This document shows positions 28,157 through 35,710 of a stretch of 64,000 bases of DNA, piece by piece (positions within the stretch are counted from its first letter, which is position 1; each line of letters opens with the position of its first letter). Source of the DNA: Chloroflexota bacterium (GTDB taxonomy: Bacteria > Chloroflexota > Dehalococcoidia > JACPQF01); contig JACPQF010000008.1 in NCBI GenBank assembly GCA_016190625.1, positions 7,235 to 71,234 of the forward strand. The letters run 5' to 3'. The notes under the pieces are model-generated. The model was given only the letters and a program-made list of their open reading frames with translations, searched no databases and had not been told where the DNA came from. Made by a program: the position numbers and the translations under genes.

Positions 28157-29086
28157 CTAATGAAAGCATCCCAACTGGCAATGCGAGATCTTCACCCGCG
28201 CCTCGTCCGCGGCTTTCCCGATGTCGAGGATGTGTACAGCATTTTCGTCGGCGATCTTATAGGCCATGGCGCAGGAAAGCTTGCCGTCGACCAGCGAGTT
28301 CAACACCTGCTTAACGAGAGCCTCTTCCTTCTTGCTTCGCTTGGGCGGGCGCTGGGCGTGCGAGGGCTTCCGCTCCTCCGGCCGCTGCGCCTCCTCGCGG
28401 ATGGCGAAGAGATCCTCGACCTGCCTGCCTATGACCTCCGAAGCTGAGGCGAAGGCCCTCTCCGTCGGATAGTAAGCCAGACCCTTGTCCCCGCGCACGA
28501 AGCGGTAGATCCGCCCTCCGGGCACTTTGAGCCGTCCGGTGCCGAGGGTGACTCCGGACAGGGCGATGAGAGCGTCGGCAACGCAGCCATCGCTTCCCAG
28601 CCAAAGGCGCAGCCCCTGGTCCTTCTGGCCCACCCGCCAGGTCTTCATCATGTGCAACATGATCTTGGCGCCGAGTACTATTCCCGCGCATCTTTCACCG
28701 TGAAAGCGCGCCGCCTCATCGATCAAGTCGGCGAGAATAGCGGCATCGTCGCGACCGGCGGGAAACCGCAACTCCTCCCCGGTGCGGGCGGAGAACACGC
28801 CGAGGTCGGCCGGAGAGTATCCCTCCAGCGCCAGCACGGGCGTGCCGTCGGGCCAGCCCACAGCGCCGACCGCCAGACGGCCTGAATCCCGACTGAGAAC
28901 CTGCGCCACCGCAGTTTGCAGCCGGGCAGACCCGTCCTCTCCCACCCGGGCGGTGAGCAGCACGTGGCTGTGCTCGCCGAAGCCCGTCCCCTCACCCGCA
29001 CCAGTTTCGATCACTACTAGCGTACTAGCGCCTTCCAGATCGCCTGGCTTCTGATTATAAAGCACACCGATAGGCTTGATCTCCAT
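28157..29086 (-). CDS. FmdE-family domain protein (formylmethanofuran dehydrogenase subunit E-like) with an N-terminal extension
   Basis: Central region FHGERCAGIVLGAKIM and GSDGCVADALIALSGVTLGTGRL resembles the FmdE HGHxCPG / DGCxxDAxQ...GCTxG motifs, with some substitutions. Basic Lys/Arg-rich linker and a C-terminal SCAMAYKIA...HCQLGC segment. Confidence 0.55.
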   Translation of the reverse strand: MEIKPIGVLYNQKPGDLEGASTLVVIETGAGEGTGFGEHSHVLLTARVGEDGSARLQTAVAQVLSRDSGRLAVGAVGWPDGTPVLALEGYSPADLGVFSARTGEELRFPAGRDDAAILADLIDEAARFHGERCAGIVLGAKIMLHMMKTWRVGQKDQGLRLWLGSDGCVADALIALSGVTLGTGRLKVPGGRIYRFVRGDKGLAYYPTERAFASASEVIGRQVEDLFAIREEAQRPEERKPSHAQRPPKRSKKEEALVKQVLNSLVDGKLSCAMAYKIADENAVHILDIGKAADEARVKISHCQLGCFH

Positions 29087-29255
29087 AGCCTAAACCTGAT
29101 CCTCCTCTTGGCAAACCCGCCCTGTGCACAAGACGTCTTCCATCAGCGGCGCAACAAGAGCAAGAACGACGGCACGAAGACGGCAACAGCCGAACGAAGA
29201 ACAGAGGTACCTTGATATCCTTCCGTCCTTGGTGTCTTAGTGTTTAGCCCGTCCC

Positions 29256-29285
29256 CTGATGGTCCTTCCCCAGAAGGACTGATAG
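29256..29285. repeat. REP-like hairpin, family B (CTGATGGTCCTTCC-CCA-GAAGGACTGATAG)
   Basis: Palindrome between the FmdE-like gene start and the ferredoxin gene stop. Confidence 0.5.
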
Positions 29286-29302
29286 TTGACCGCTTTCTAC
29301 AC

Positions 29303-29548
29303 TCACGCCTTGTTTCGAGACGCCTTGGCCAGCAGCTTCTCTTCCGTCTCCACGCGGTCGGGATCGGGAACAGCGGCTTCGACGGCGCAGACGTAGGCGC
29401 ACTGCGGCTCGTCGTGGAACCCTTTGCACTCCGTGCATTTGTCGGGGTCAACTACAAAGGTGCTTTCCCCCTCGCTGATCGCCTGGTTGGGGCACGCCGC
29501 TTCACACGCCGAACAGTTGATGCAGTCATCAGTGATTTTGTACGCCAC
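29303..29548 (-). CDS. yfhL: YfhL-type 2x[4Fe-4S] ferredoxin
   Basis: 81 aa MAYKITDDCINCSACEAACPNQAIS...VDPDKCTECKGFHDEPQCAYVCAVEA...VETEEKL, collinear with the E. coli YfhL-type dicluster ferredoxin. Confidence 0.85.
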   Translation of the reverse strand: MAYKITDDCINCSACEAACPNQAISEGESTFVVDPDKCTECKGFHDEPQCAYVCAVEAAVPDPDRVETEEKLLAKASRNKA

Positions 29549-29789
29549 CGATCTTTCCCTCCTTCAATCTTTCGTAGGCTTCGTCCCCGATGCATTGTCT
29601 CGCGAATTTGCACCAGTCTATGCAAGTTGGAGCCTGTTCCCGGAAGACGTTATGCCCGCAGCTCGGGCATGTCGCCTTCGGCTCGTCGGTCCAGATCTCC
29701 ACCTCGTCGCCGCAATTGAGGCAGGTCACGCTTTCGGGTGTCGGCGTACGTACGTTTGTGCTTCCCGGGCAGAACTTATCCGGCGCCAT
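29529..29789 (-). CDS. Cys-rich zinc-ribbon small protein (7 Cys: CPGS, CLNCG, CPSCG, CIDWC, C)
   Basis: MAPDKFCPGSTNVRTPTPESVTCLNCGDEVEIWTDEPKATCPSCGHNVFREQAPTCIDWCKFARQCIGDEAY; start taken at the internal Met. Its 3' end overlaps the ferredoxin gene by 20 bp. Confidence 0.5.
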   Translation of the reverse strand: MAPDKFCPGSTNVRTPTPESVTCLNCGDEVEIWTDEPKATCPSCGHNVFREQAPTCIDWCKFARQCIGDEAYERLKEGKIGGVQNH

Positions 29790-29980
29790 GACTACTCTCC
29801 TCCCAGCCGGGCTGCATTCCACTCCACAGCAACCAGCACCCTAATGATAACCCCAATTGTGACGAGAGCATATGACCAAAGTCACAGTGCAAGTATACAC
29901 CTAACGGGCCGCGGCATGCAATGACTTTTGATGCCTATGGTATACTTGGTGTGAGATCAAGTGAAGGAGGATTCGGACGA

Positions 29981-30988
29981 ATGAGCACTGAGCAGATGAG
30001 CAGGCGGGAACGGGTGTTTGCCACGCTGGCTGGACAGGACGTTGATCGGCCGGCATGGAGCCTCTGGCGCCATTTCTACGACAAGGAGAACTCAGCCGAA
30101 GACCTCGCCGCAGTCATGCTGTCGTTCCAACGGACGAACGGGTTCGACTTCATGAAGGTGAACCCGCGGGCCCAATATCACGTGGAGGATTGGGGCGTGC
30201 GCTGGGAGTATCCTGGCGGCTCCCGCCGTCCGAGGCTCGTCGAGACTGCCATCAAGAAGCCCGAGGACTGGCGGCGCCTGAAGCCTTTGCCCCCCGATGC
30301 CGGCGCCTTGGGCGAGCAATTGCGGGCTCTGAGCTTGATAAAGCAGGGCCTCAAGGGCGAGGTCCCCTTTGTCGAAACCATCTTCAACCCCATCTCCATC
30401 GCCGGAGACCTGGTAGAGGACGATGCCGCCTTAGTGGACCACCTGCGCCATCACCCCGACGCCCTGCGGGAGGGGCTCGAGGTCATCACTCAGACCTTCG
30501 CCGGCTTCGCCCAAGCCTGTCTCGACCTCGCCGTCGACGGCATCTTCTTCGCCACCACCACCTGGGCCACCCGCAACACGCTGACCGAGGAGGAATACGC
30601 CACCTTCGGCCGGCCCTACGACCTGCGGGTGCTCGCGGCCATTCAAGGCGCCCGCTTCAACATATTGCACGTCTGCCAGAGCAACAATATGCTCTTCCAG
30701 TTGGCCGACTACCCCGTCCCCGCCGTGAACTGGGCCGCCACCGACCTCACCAACCCCACGCTGGCCGCCGCCGGCCTGACGCTCGGCGCCAAGACCCTCA
30801 TCGGCGGCATCAGCGGCTTGTCAATGACCGCCGACAGCCCGGATCCGGCCCTCGACGAGGTTCGCCAAGCCCGCGCTCAGACCCCGGGCCTGCGCTGGAT
30901 GCTCGGCCCCAGTTGCACCATCCCGCCCGAGTCCCGCCAGGCCAATATCGAGGCAGTGGCGAGAGAGGTAGCCAGGCTGAGGCCATAG
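29981..30988 (+). CDS. uroporphyrinogen decarboxylase (URO-D) family protein, MtaA/CmuA-like methyltransferase fold
   Basis: ~335 aa; TIM-barrel URO-D-like sequence (FDFMKVNPRAQYHVEDWGVRWEYPGG...FFATTTWATRNTLTEEEYATFGRPYDLRVLAAI...NILHVC). Start chosen at the ATG (29981) preceded by a GAAGGAGGA SD; the ORF could extend back to 29921. Confidence 0.6.
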   Translation: MSTEQMSRRERVFATLAGQDVDRPAWSLWRHFYDKENSAEDLAAVMLSFQRTNGFDFMKVNPRAQYHVEDWGVRWEYPGGSRRPRLVETAIKKPEDWRRLKPLPPDAGALGEQLRALSLIKQGLKGEVPFVETIFNPISIAGDLVEDDAALVDHLRHHPDALREGLEVITQTFAGFAQACLDLAVDGIFFATTTWATRNTLTEEEYATFGRPYDLRVLAAIQGARFNILHVCQSNNMLFQLADYPVPAVNWAATDLTNPTLAAAGLTLGAKTLIGGISGLSMTADSPDPALDEVRQARAQTPGLRWMLGPSCTIPPESRQANIEAVAREVARLRP

Positions 30989-31069
30989 CGCCGGGCCGCG
31001 TGCTCTTTTCCTTCCGCAGAAGTCAGCTATGCCCTTCGGCAAACCGCCAATCATGAAGGGAGTTAGGTG

Positions 31070-31287
31070 CCCTCACCCTAACCCTCTCCCACTGCGGCGG
31101 GAGAGGGGATGGAACCCTCGCCCCTCGTACAGAGCGAGGGTTAAGGCGGGGGCCGCACTCTGACCATTAGCAGTATCTTTAGGATAGTCATCAGCGCTTC
31201 TCTGAGATGCAGCCACAGGCGAAAATGTGCGAGAGCGAGGTGGCTAGTTCCCTCTCCTGCCGCCGTGGGAGAGGGTTAGGGTGAGGG
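31070..31287. mobile_element. MITE-like 218-bp element with 38-bp near-perfect terminal inverted repeats (CCCTCACCCTAACCCTCTCCCACTGCGGCGGGAGAGGG)
   Basis: The left TIR at 31070-31107 and the reverse-complemented right TIR at 31250-31287 match at 36/38 positions. Each arm is itself a hairpin (CCCTCTCCC...GGGAGAGGG). No ORF; inserted between the URO-D-family gene and the vapBC locus. Confidence 0.5.
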
Positions 31288-31335
31288 CCTCACGATCGCC
31301 TGTCAGATTCTACTCTCAAGTCAGGACACACACCC

Positions 31336-31373
31336 TCCGTTCAATCCGTGCTCGAATCCGTTGACAGCAGCCC
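31336..31373 (+). promoter_or_regulatory. second copy of the conserved 38-bp TA-upstream element (TCCGTTCAATCCGTGCTCGAATCCGTTGACAGCAGCCC)
   Basis: 34/38 identity with 9880-9917; located ~115-150 bp upstream of the vapB start, as the first copy is upstream of hicB. Confidence 0.5.
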
Positions 31374-31439
31374 CGTGGCCGACCAGCGGTCGTGATCTCC
31401 TGACACCCACCCGAGCTAGCTTGAAGACTCGCTGTGATA

Positions 31440-31468
31440 TTGACAGAGTATATATCATGGTATATACT
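31440..31468 (+). promoter_or_regulatory. sigma70 promoter for vapBC (TTGACA-17 nt-TATACT) with an overlapping near-palindromic operator TATATCATGGTATATA
   Basis: TTGACA at 31440-31445 and TATACT at 31463-31468. AGGAGG RBS at 31475-31480, ATG at 31487. The palindromic spacer is a candidate RHH antitoxin binding site. Confidence 0.6.
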
Positions 31469-31486
31469 ACTGCAAGGAGGGCCACG

Positions 31487-31759
31487 ATGCGAAAGGTCAT
31501 GATCACCCTGCCCCAAGATTTCTTGGACGAAATGGACAAAGCGGCATACCGTGAACATCGCAACCGCAGCGAGTTCATCCGCGAAGCCGTGCGCCATTAC
31601 ATGGCGAGGACGGAGGAAAGGGCAGAGGCTCGCAGTGAAGCCATCGGCCGGGCCATGCGGGTTCAGGAGGAAGCACGACAGAGAACAAGAAACGATTCGT
31701 TCGACAGCACGAGGTTCATTCGCGCCTGGCGAGAGGGCTCCGCCAGGCCTAACCCATGA
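31487..31759 (+). CDS. vapB: ribbon-helix-helix (CopG/RHH) antitoxin, VapB-like
   Basis: 90 aa MRKVMITLPQDFLDEMDKAAYREHRNRSEFIREAVRHYM is a canonical RHH N-terminus; the stop TGA overlaps the vapC ATG (ATGA). Confidence 0.8.
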   Translation: MRKVMITLPQDFLDEMDKAAYREHRNRSEFIREAVRHYMARTEERAEARSEAIGRAMRVQEEARQRTRNDSFDSTRFIRAWREGSARPNP

Positions 31760-32196
31760 TAGTTCCTCTTCGCTCTCTTCTCCTCGATAGCTCGGTTGTG
31801 GTGAAGTGGTTTAGAAACGAGACCGATTCCGACAAGGCGCTCGCCATCCAAGAGGAGTTCCTGAAAGGTAACTTGGATGTCCACATTAGCGAGCTGACCT
31901 TGTACGAGACAGCCAATGCCTTGCGGTACTCCGGCGACCATACGGCCGATCAGATCGGCGAGTATCTGGAAAGCATTGTAACGCTGGGCATTGCCGCCTA
32001 CGCCTTTGACTGGGATGTCCTCAAGTTGGCCATCGAAGGCAGTTTCGCCAAGGGCGTGAGCATCTACGACGCCTACTTGGTCTCCCTGGCCAAGTCTCAT
32101 GGTCACATGCTGCTAACGGCGGACGCCAAGCTGCTTGCAAAGGTCGGGGGCTACGGCGACATGCTGCTGCTGCGGTCATGGCGGCTGGCGTATTGA
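31756..32196 (+). CDS. vapC: PIN-domain ribonuclease toxin VapC
   Basis: 146 aa; LLLDSSVVVKWF (first acidic residue), ...YDAYLVSLAKSHGHMLLTADAKL (conserved D in TAD) are PIN-domain signatures. Confidence 0.85.
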   Translation: MIVPLRSLLLDSSVVVKWFRNETDSDKALAIQEEFLKGNLDVHISELTLYETANALRYSGDHTADQIGEYLESIVTLGIAAYAFDWDVLKLAIEGSFAKGVSIYDAYLVSLAKSHGHMLLTADAKLLAKVGGYGDMLLLRSWRLAY

Positions 32197-32354
32197 TCTA
32201 ACTTTTCTCCTTCTGTCCCCTTTCTTCCGCTCTAACGTTGGCCTGCTTTATGCAGTGACGTGGGTTGTCGGATGCATCTCAGACAGCAATCACCACTAGG
32301 CAGAAAGCTGACTGCTGATAGCTGCCTAACTCAATCCAGTCGGGAGGTAAGACC

Positions 32355-33827
32355 ATGCGGTATCAGAACTACATTGACGGCCAGTGGGTCGACGCGGAGA
32401 ACGGGGCCACCTTCACCAGCACCAACCCGGCCACCGGGGAGACCCTCGGCGAGGTGGCGCAATCCACGGCCAAGGACGTGGACGCCGCCGTGGAAGCGGC
32501 GGATAGGGCCTTTCACAAATGGCGCCAGACGCCGGCGCCCAAGCGGGGCGAGATCCTCTTTCGGGCGGGCGAGATCCTCTTGAAACGCAAGGAGGAGTTG
32601 GCCCAGCTCATGACCAGGGAGATGGGGAAGGTGTTGAAAGAGGCCAGGGGCGATGTGCAGGAGGGCATCGACATGGTCTACTACACGGCCGCCGAGGGGA
32701 GACGGCTGTTTGGCGAGACGACGCCGTCGGAGCTGCCCAACAAGTTCGCCATATCCGTGCGCGAACCCATCGGCGTAGTGGCCGCCATCACACCCTGGAA
32801 CTTCCCGCTCGCCATTCCCACCTGGAAGATCATTCCCGCCCTCATTCTGGGGAACACGGTGGTCTTCAAACCGGCGAGCGATACGCCCATCGTGGCTATC
32901 AAGCTGGTGGAGATCCTCGCGGAGGCCGGACTCCCACCTGGCGTGCTCAACATGGTAACCGGTCCAGGCGGAGAAACCGGCGATGCCCTGGTGTCGCATC
33001 CCAAGATTAGCTTGGTCTCTTTTACCGGCTCGACTGTCGCTGGCCATAACGTGGCGGTGAAAGCCACCCAGGCCCTGAAGCGAGTCTCGCTGGAGATGGG
33101 CGGCAAGAACGCCATCATCGTGATGGACGATGCCAATCTTGATCTAGCCATCGAAGGGATCGTTTGGAGCGCCTTCGGCACCTCGGGCCAACGATGCACG
33201 GCCGCTAGCCGCATCCTCGTCCACGAAGACGTGCGAAAAGAGGTCACGGATAGACTAGTCAAGCGGGTCCAGTCCCTGCGCTTGGGCGATGGCCTCCTGG
33301 CGACCACCGACGTCGGCCCCGTGATCAACGCCAGCCAATTGCATCGCATTCACGACTACACCAAGGTCGGCCTCGCCGAGGGCGCCCAGTTGCTGTGCGG
33401 CGGCGACATCGCCGAGGAAGGAGAGTTGGCCAAGGGGTCCTTCTACAAGCCCACCCTGTTCGATGGGGTGAAGCCGGACATGCGCATTGCCCAGGAGGAG
33501 ATCTTTGGGCCGACCACAGCCATTATCCCAATCTGGAGCCTCGAGGAAGCCATCGAGGTGAACAACAACACCAAGTACGGCCTTTCGAGCGCCATCTTCA
33601 CCCGGGACACAAACAAGGCCTTCCGGGCCATGCGCGATATTTCCACGGGCATCGTCTATGTGAACGCCGGCACCATCGGGGCGGAGGTCCATCTGCCCTT
33701 CGGCGGCACCCGTGGCACGGGCAACGGCCACCGGGAAGCCGGCCGGCAAGCGCTGGACATCTTCAGCGAGTGGAAGACCATTTACGTAGACTTCAGCGGC
33801 CAGGTCCAGAAGGCCCAGATGGAATAA
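32355..33827 (+). CDS. NAD(P)+-dependent aldehyde dehydrogenase
   Basis: 490 aa; ALDH glutamate and cysteine active-site regions (LEMGGKNAIIV; FGTSGQRCTAASR) and an NAD-binding GxxxxG (FTGSTVAG). Confidence 0.9.
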   Translation: MRYQNYIDGQWVDAENGATFTSTNPATGETLGEVAQSTAKDVDAAVEAADRAFHKWRQTPAPKRGEILFRAGEILLKRKEELAQLMTREMGKVLKEARGDVQEGIDMVYYTAAEGRRLFGETTPSELPNKFAISVREPIGVVAAITPWNFPLAIPTWKIIPALILGNTVVFKPASDTPIVAIKLVEILAEAGLPPGVLNMVTGPGGETGDALVSHPKISLVSFTGSTVAGHNVAVKATQALKRVSLEMGGKNAIIVMDDANLDLAIEGIVWSAFGTSGQRCTAASRILVHEDVRKEVTDRLVKRVQSLRLGDGLLATTDVGPVINASQLHRIHDYTKVGLAEGAQLLCGGDIAEEGELAKGSFYKPTLFDGVKPDMRIAQEEIFGPTTAIIPIWSLEEAIEVNNNTKYGLSSAIFTRDTNKAFRAMRDISTGIVYVNAGTIGAEVHLPFGGTRGTGNGHREAGRQALDIFSEWKTIYVDFSGQVQKAQME

Positions 33828-33828
33828 A

Positions 33829-33905
33829 TAGGGTACAGGGTATAGGGTATAGGGTATAGGGTATAGGGGTCCCCTCTACCCTCTACCCTCCACCCTCTAC
33901 CCTAA
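33829..33905. repeat. tandem heptamer hairpin / G-quadruplex-type repeat: (AGGGTAT)x5 facing (CTACCCT)x4
   Basis: ATAGGGTACAGGGTATAGGGTATAGGGTATAGGGTATAGGGGTCCCCTCTACCCTCTACCCTCCACCCTCTACCCTAA between the convergent ALDH and OYE genes; a G3N4G3N4G3N4G3 tract on the + strand. Confidence 0.6.
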
Positions 33906-34992
33906 TCCGTAGCTCTTCCCCGCACTCGAGAGGCTCGCCTCTTTCGACCAGGGTCAGGCATTTGGCGCAGGAGATGCATGTGGGTTGACGACGGTCGCCG
34001 CTCAGCCATTGGTTGATCAGATCTGGCTGGCGAATGAGGGGTCTACAGAGGGAAACGAAGTCGGCGTCGCCGGAGGTGACGATGTCCTCCGCTGTTTCCA
34101 GGCGACGAATGCCGCCAACCACGGCGATGGGAATGCTCAGGGCTGCCTTGGCTTTGGCTGCCCTCTCCCGGTAGTAGGCATCTTCGGTGGAGGGATCGGC
34201 TAGCACCCTGATCGGCCCTCGTCGGCCGGTGCCGAGGCCGCCACTGATCTCGGCGGCGTCCAGCCCTGCTGCGGCCATGGCCTGAAGGGCGGCAATTCCC
34301 TCCTCCAGGGGGCTGCCTCCCTCTTTGTCGTCCATGACGCCGAACTTGATCAGAAGGGGAAAGTCGGCGCCGACGGCTGCCCGCACGCGCCGCACGGTTT
34401 CCACGTGGAAGCGGCGCCGATTTTCGGCGCTGCCGCCCCAGCGGTCTTGCCGGCGGTTAGCAACGCTGGAGAAGAACTCGGACATGAGATACCCGTGAGC
34501 CCCGTGCAGTTGGACGGCGTCGAATCCGGCTTCGCGCGCCCGCACTGCTGCCTGCGCGAAATCGCCGATGATCCTCTCGATCTCTTCCTCGGTCAACCCG
34601 CGGCTGGGATATCGGCCTCCACGCTCTGAAGGCCCCAGCGCCACCTGTCCCGTGCGGCCCATGTAGCCGGAGAACGTTCCCGCGTGCACGATCTGGAGGG
34701 CGATCTTGGCCCCATGCCTATGCGCGACCTGAACGAGACGCCGGAGGCCGGGAATCATCTCGTCACTATAGATGCCGTACTGGCCGAAGATGGCCTGTCC
34801 GTGCCGGGAAACGAAAGCGTAGCCGGTCACGATTAGCCCGACGCCGCCAGCAGCCAGAACATCGTAGAGCTCCACCGAGCGGTCAGTCACCGCGCCGGTC
34901 TGGTCGGCCATGCTATCAAAGGCGGCGGAGCGAATAAACCTGTTTCGCAGCTCCAGTCCGGCGAGGTCTGCTGGCTGCAACACTTTGAACAT
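33883..34992 (-). CDS. NADH:flavin oxidoreductase, Old Yellow Enzyme family
   Basis: 369 aa; FMN-binding TIM barrel (LKFGVMDD...HGAHGYLMSEFFSSVANRRQDRWGGSAENRRRF...ALQIVHAG). Confidence 0.85.
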   Translation of the reverse strand: MFKVLQPADLAGLELRNRFIRSAAFDSMADQTGAVTDRSVELYDVLAAGGVGLIVTGYAFVSRHGQAIFGQYGIYSDEMIPGLRRLVQVAHRHGAKIALQIVHAGTFSGYMGRTGQVALGPSERGGRYPSRGLTEEEIERIIGDFAQAAVRAREAGFDAVQLHGAHGYLMSEFFSSVANRRQDRWGGSAENRRRFHVETVRRVRAAVGADFPLLIKFGVMDDKEGGSPLEEGIAALQAMAAAGLDAAEISGGLGTGRRGPIRVLADPSTEDAYYRERAAKAKAALSIPIAVVGGIRRLETAEDIVTSGDADFVSLCRPLIRQPDLINQWLSGDRRQPTCISCAKCLTLVERGEPLECGEELRIRVEGGG

Positions 34993-35161
34993 CTATCTTC
35001 CCTCCCCAATCGAATTAGCACGGCGAAGCTGACATCTCGTGGCTGCTGGGCGAGTGGCGGATAGATATCAGGGGGATAGGCCACTCACGCAGGTCCGCGA
35101 AGCCAAGCCGTGGCGCGAACAGGCGCCAGTATAGCACACTCTAGCTGTGAAGTCTAGCGCT

Positions 35162-35190
35162 GCGAGGGCGTCGGGCTGAAACGCCCTCGC
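35162..35190 (-). terminator. perfect 10-bp-stem hairpin GCGAGGGCGT-N9-ACGCCCTCGC downstream of the Cys-rich small gene
   Basis: Perfect inverted repeat 23 nt past the stop of 35213..35518; no U-tract. Confidence 0.3.
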
Positions 35191-35212
35191 GCCGGGTTAC
35201 CTACCGTGCGGC

Positions 35213-35518
35213 TTAGCTTGCCGCGCCGCGGTTGCAGAAGTAGGTGGAGTTGAGCTCGTTGACCGACCAAACGGGGCAGCCGGGGCAATTGCAGGCCATC
35301 GAAGCGTTGAGGTCGTTGCACTCCGATTTGCCGACCGCCTGGCTACAGAATAACATCTGCACGGCCTGAGGAGCCGGCATCCTCTGCGCGCCGCCCGAAG
35401 AGGATATCTGGCCCAACTCGGCCACTTTGCCGGCGATGCAATTGCTGGATTCTCTAACAGGACAGTTTGAACACCGGCAGCTCTCAAGGTTCTGGATCGT
35501 GTATTCGACTTTTGGCAT
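35213..35518 (-). CDS. Cys-rich small protein (CRCSNC...C...C...CNCPGC...C), possibly DUF2769-like
   Basis: 101 aa MPKVEYTIQNLESCRCSNCPVRESSNCIAGK...MLFCSQAVGKSECNDLNASMACNCPGCPVWSVNELNSTYFCNRG; 11 Cys in paired motifs suggest metal binding. Confidence 0.5.
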   Translation of the reverse strand: MPKVEYTIQNLESCRCSNCPVRESSNCIAGKVAELGQISSSGGAQRMPAPQAVQMLFCSQAVGKSECNDLNASMACNCPGCPVWSVNELNSTYFCNRGAAS

Positions 35519-35710
35519 GCTTCACCCCCCGAAAGAAATCTGATGCCCATGACGTAGCAATTTCCATGCCAGCCGCACCGTCGCCACGCATGCTTTAGGG
35601 ACGGCGTTCGTCCAAGTCGCGGTCGCCACAGGGGCAAATCATTTCCCCAAAGGATTCGCTCCTACGACCGGATTTGGAATCGGTCAATTCATTATGCTAA
35701 ACTGTACAGC

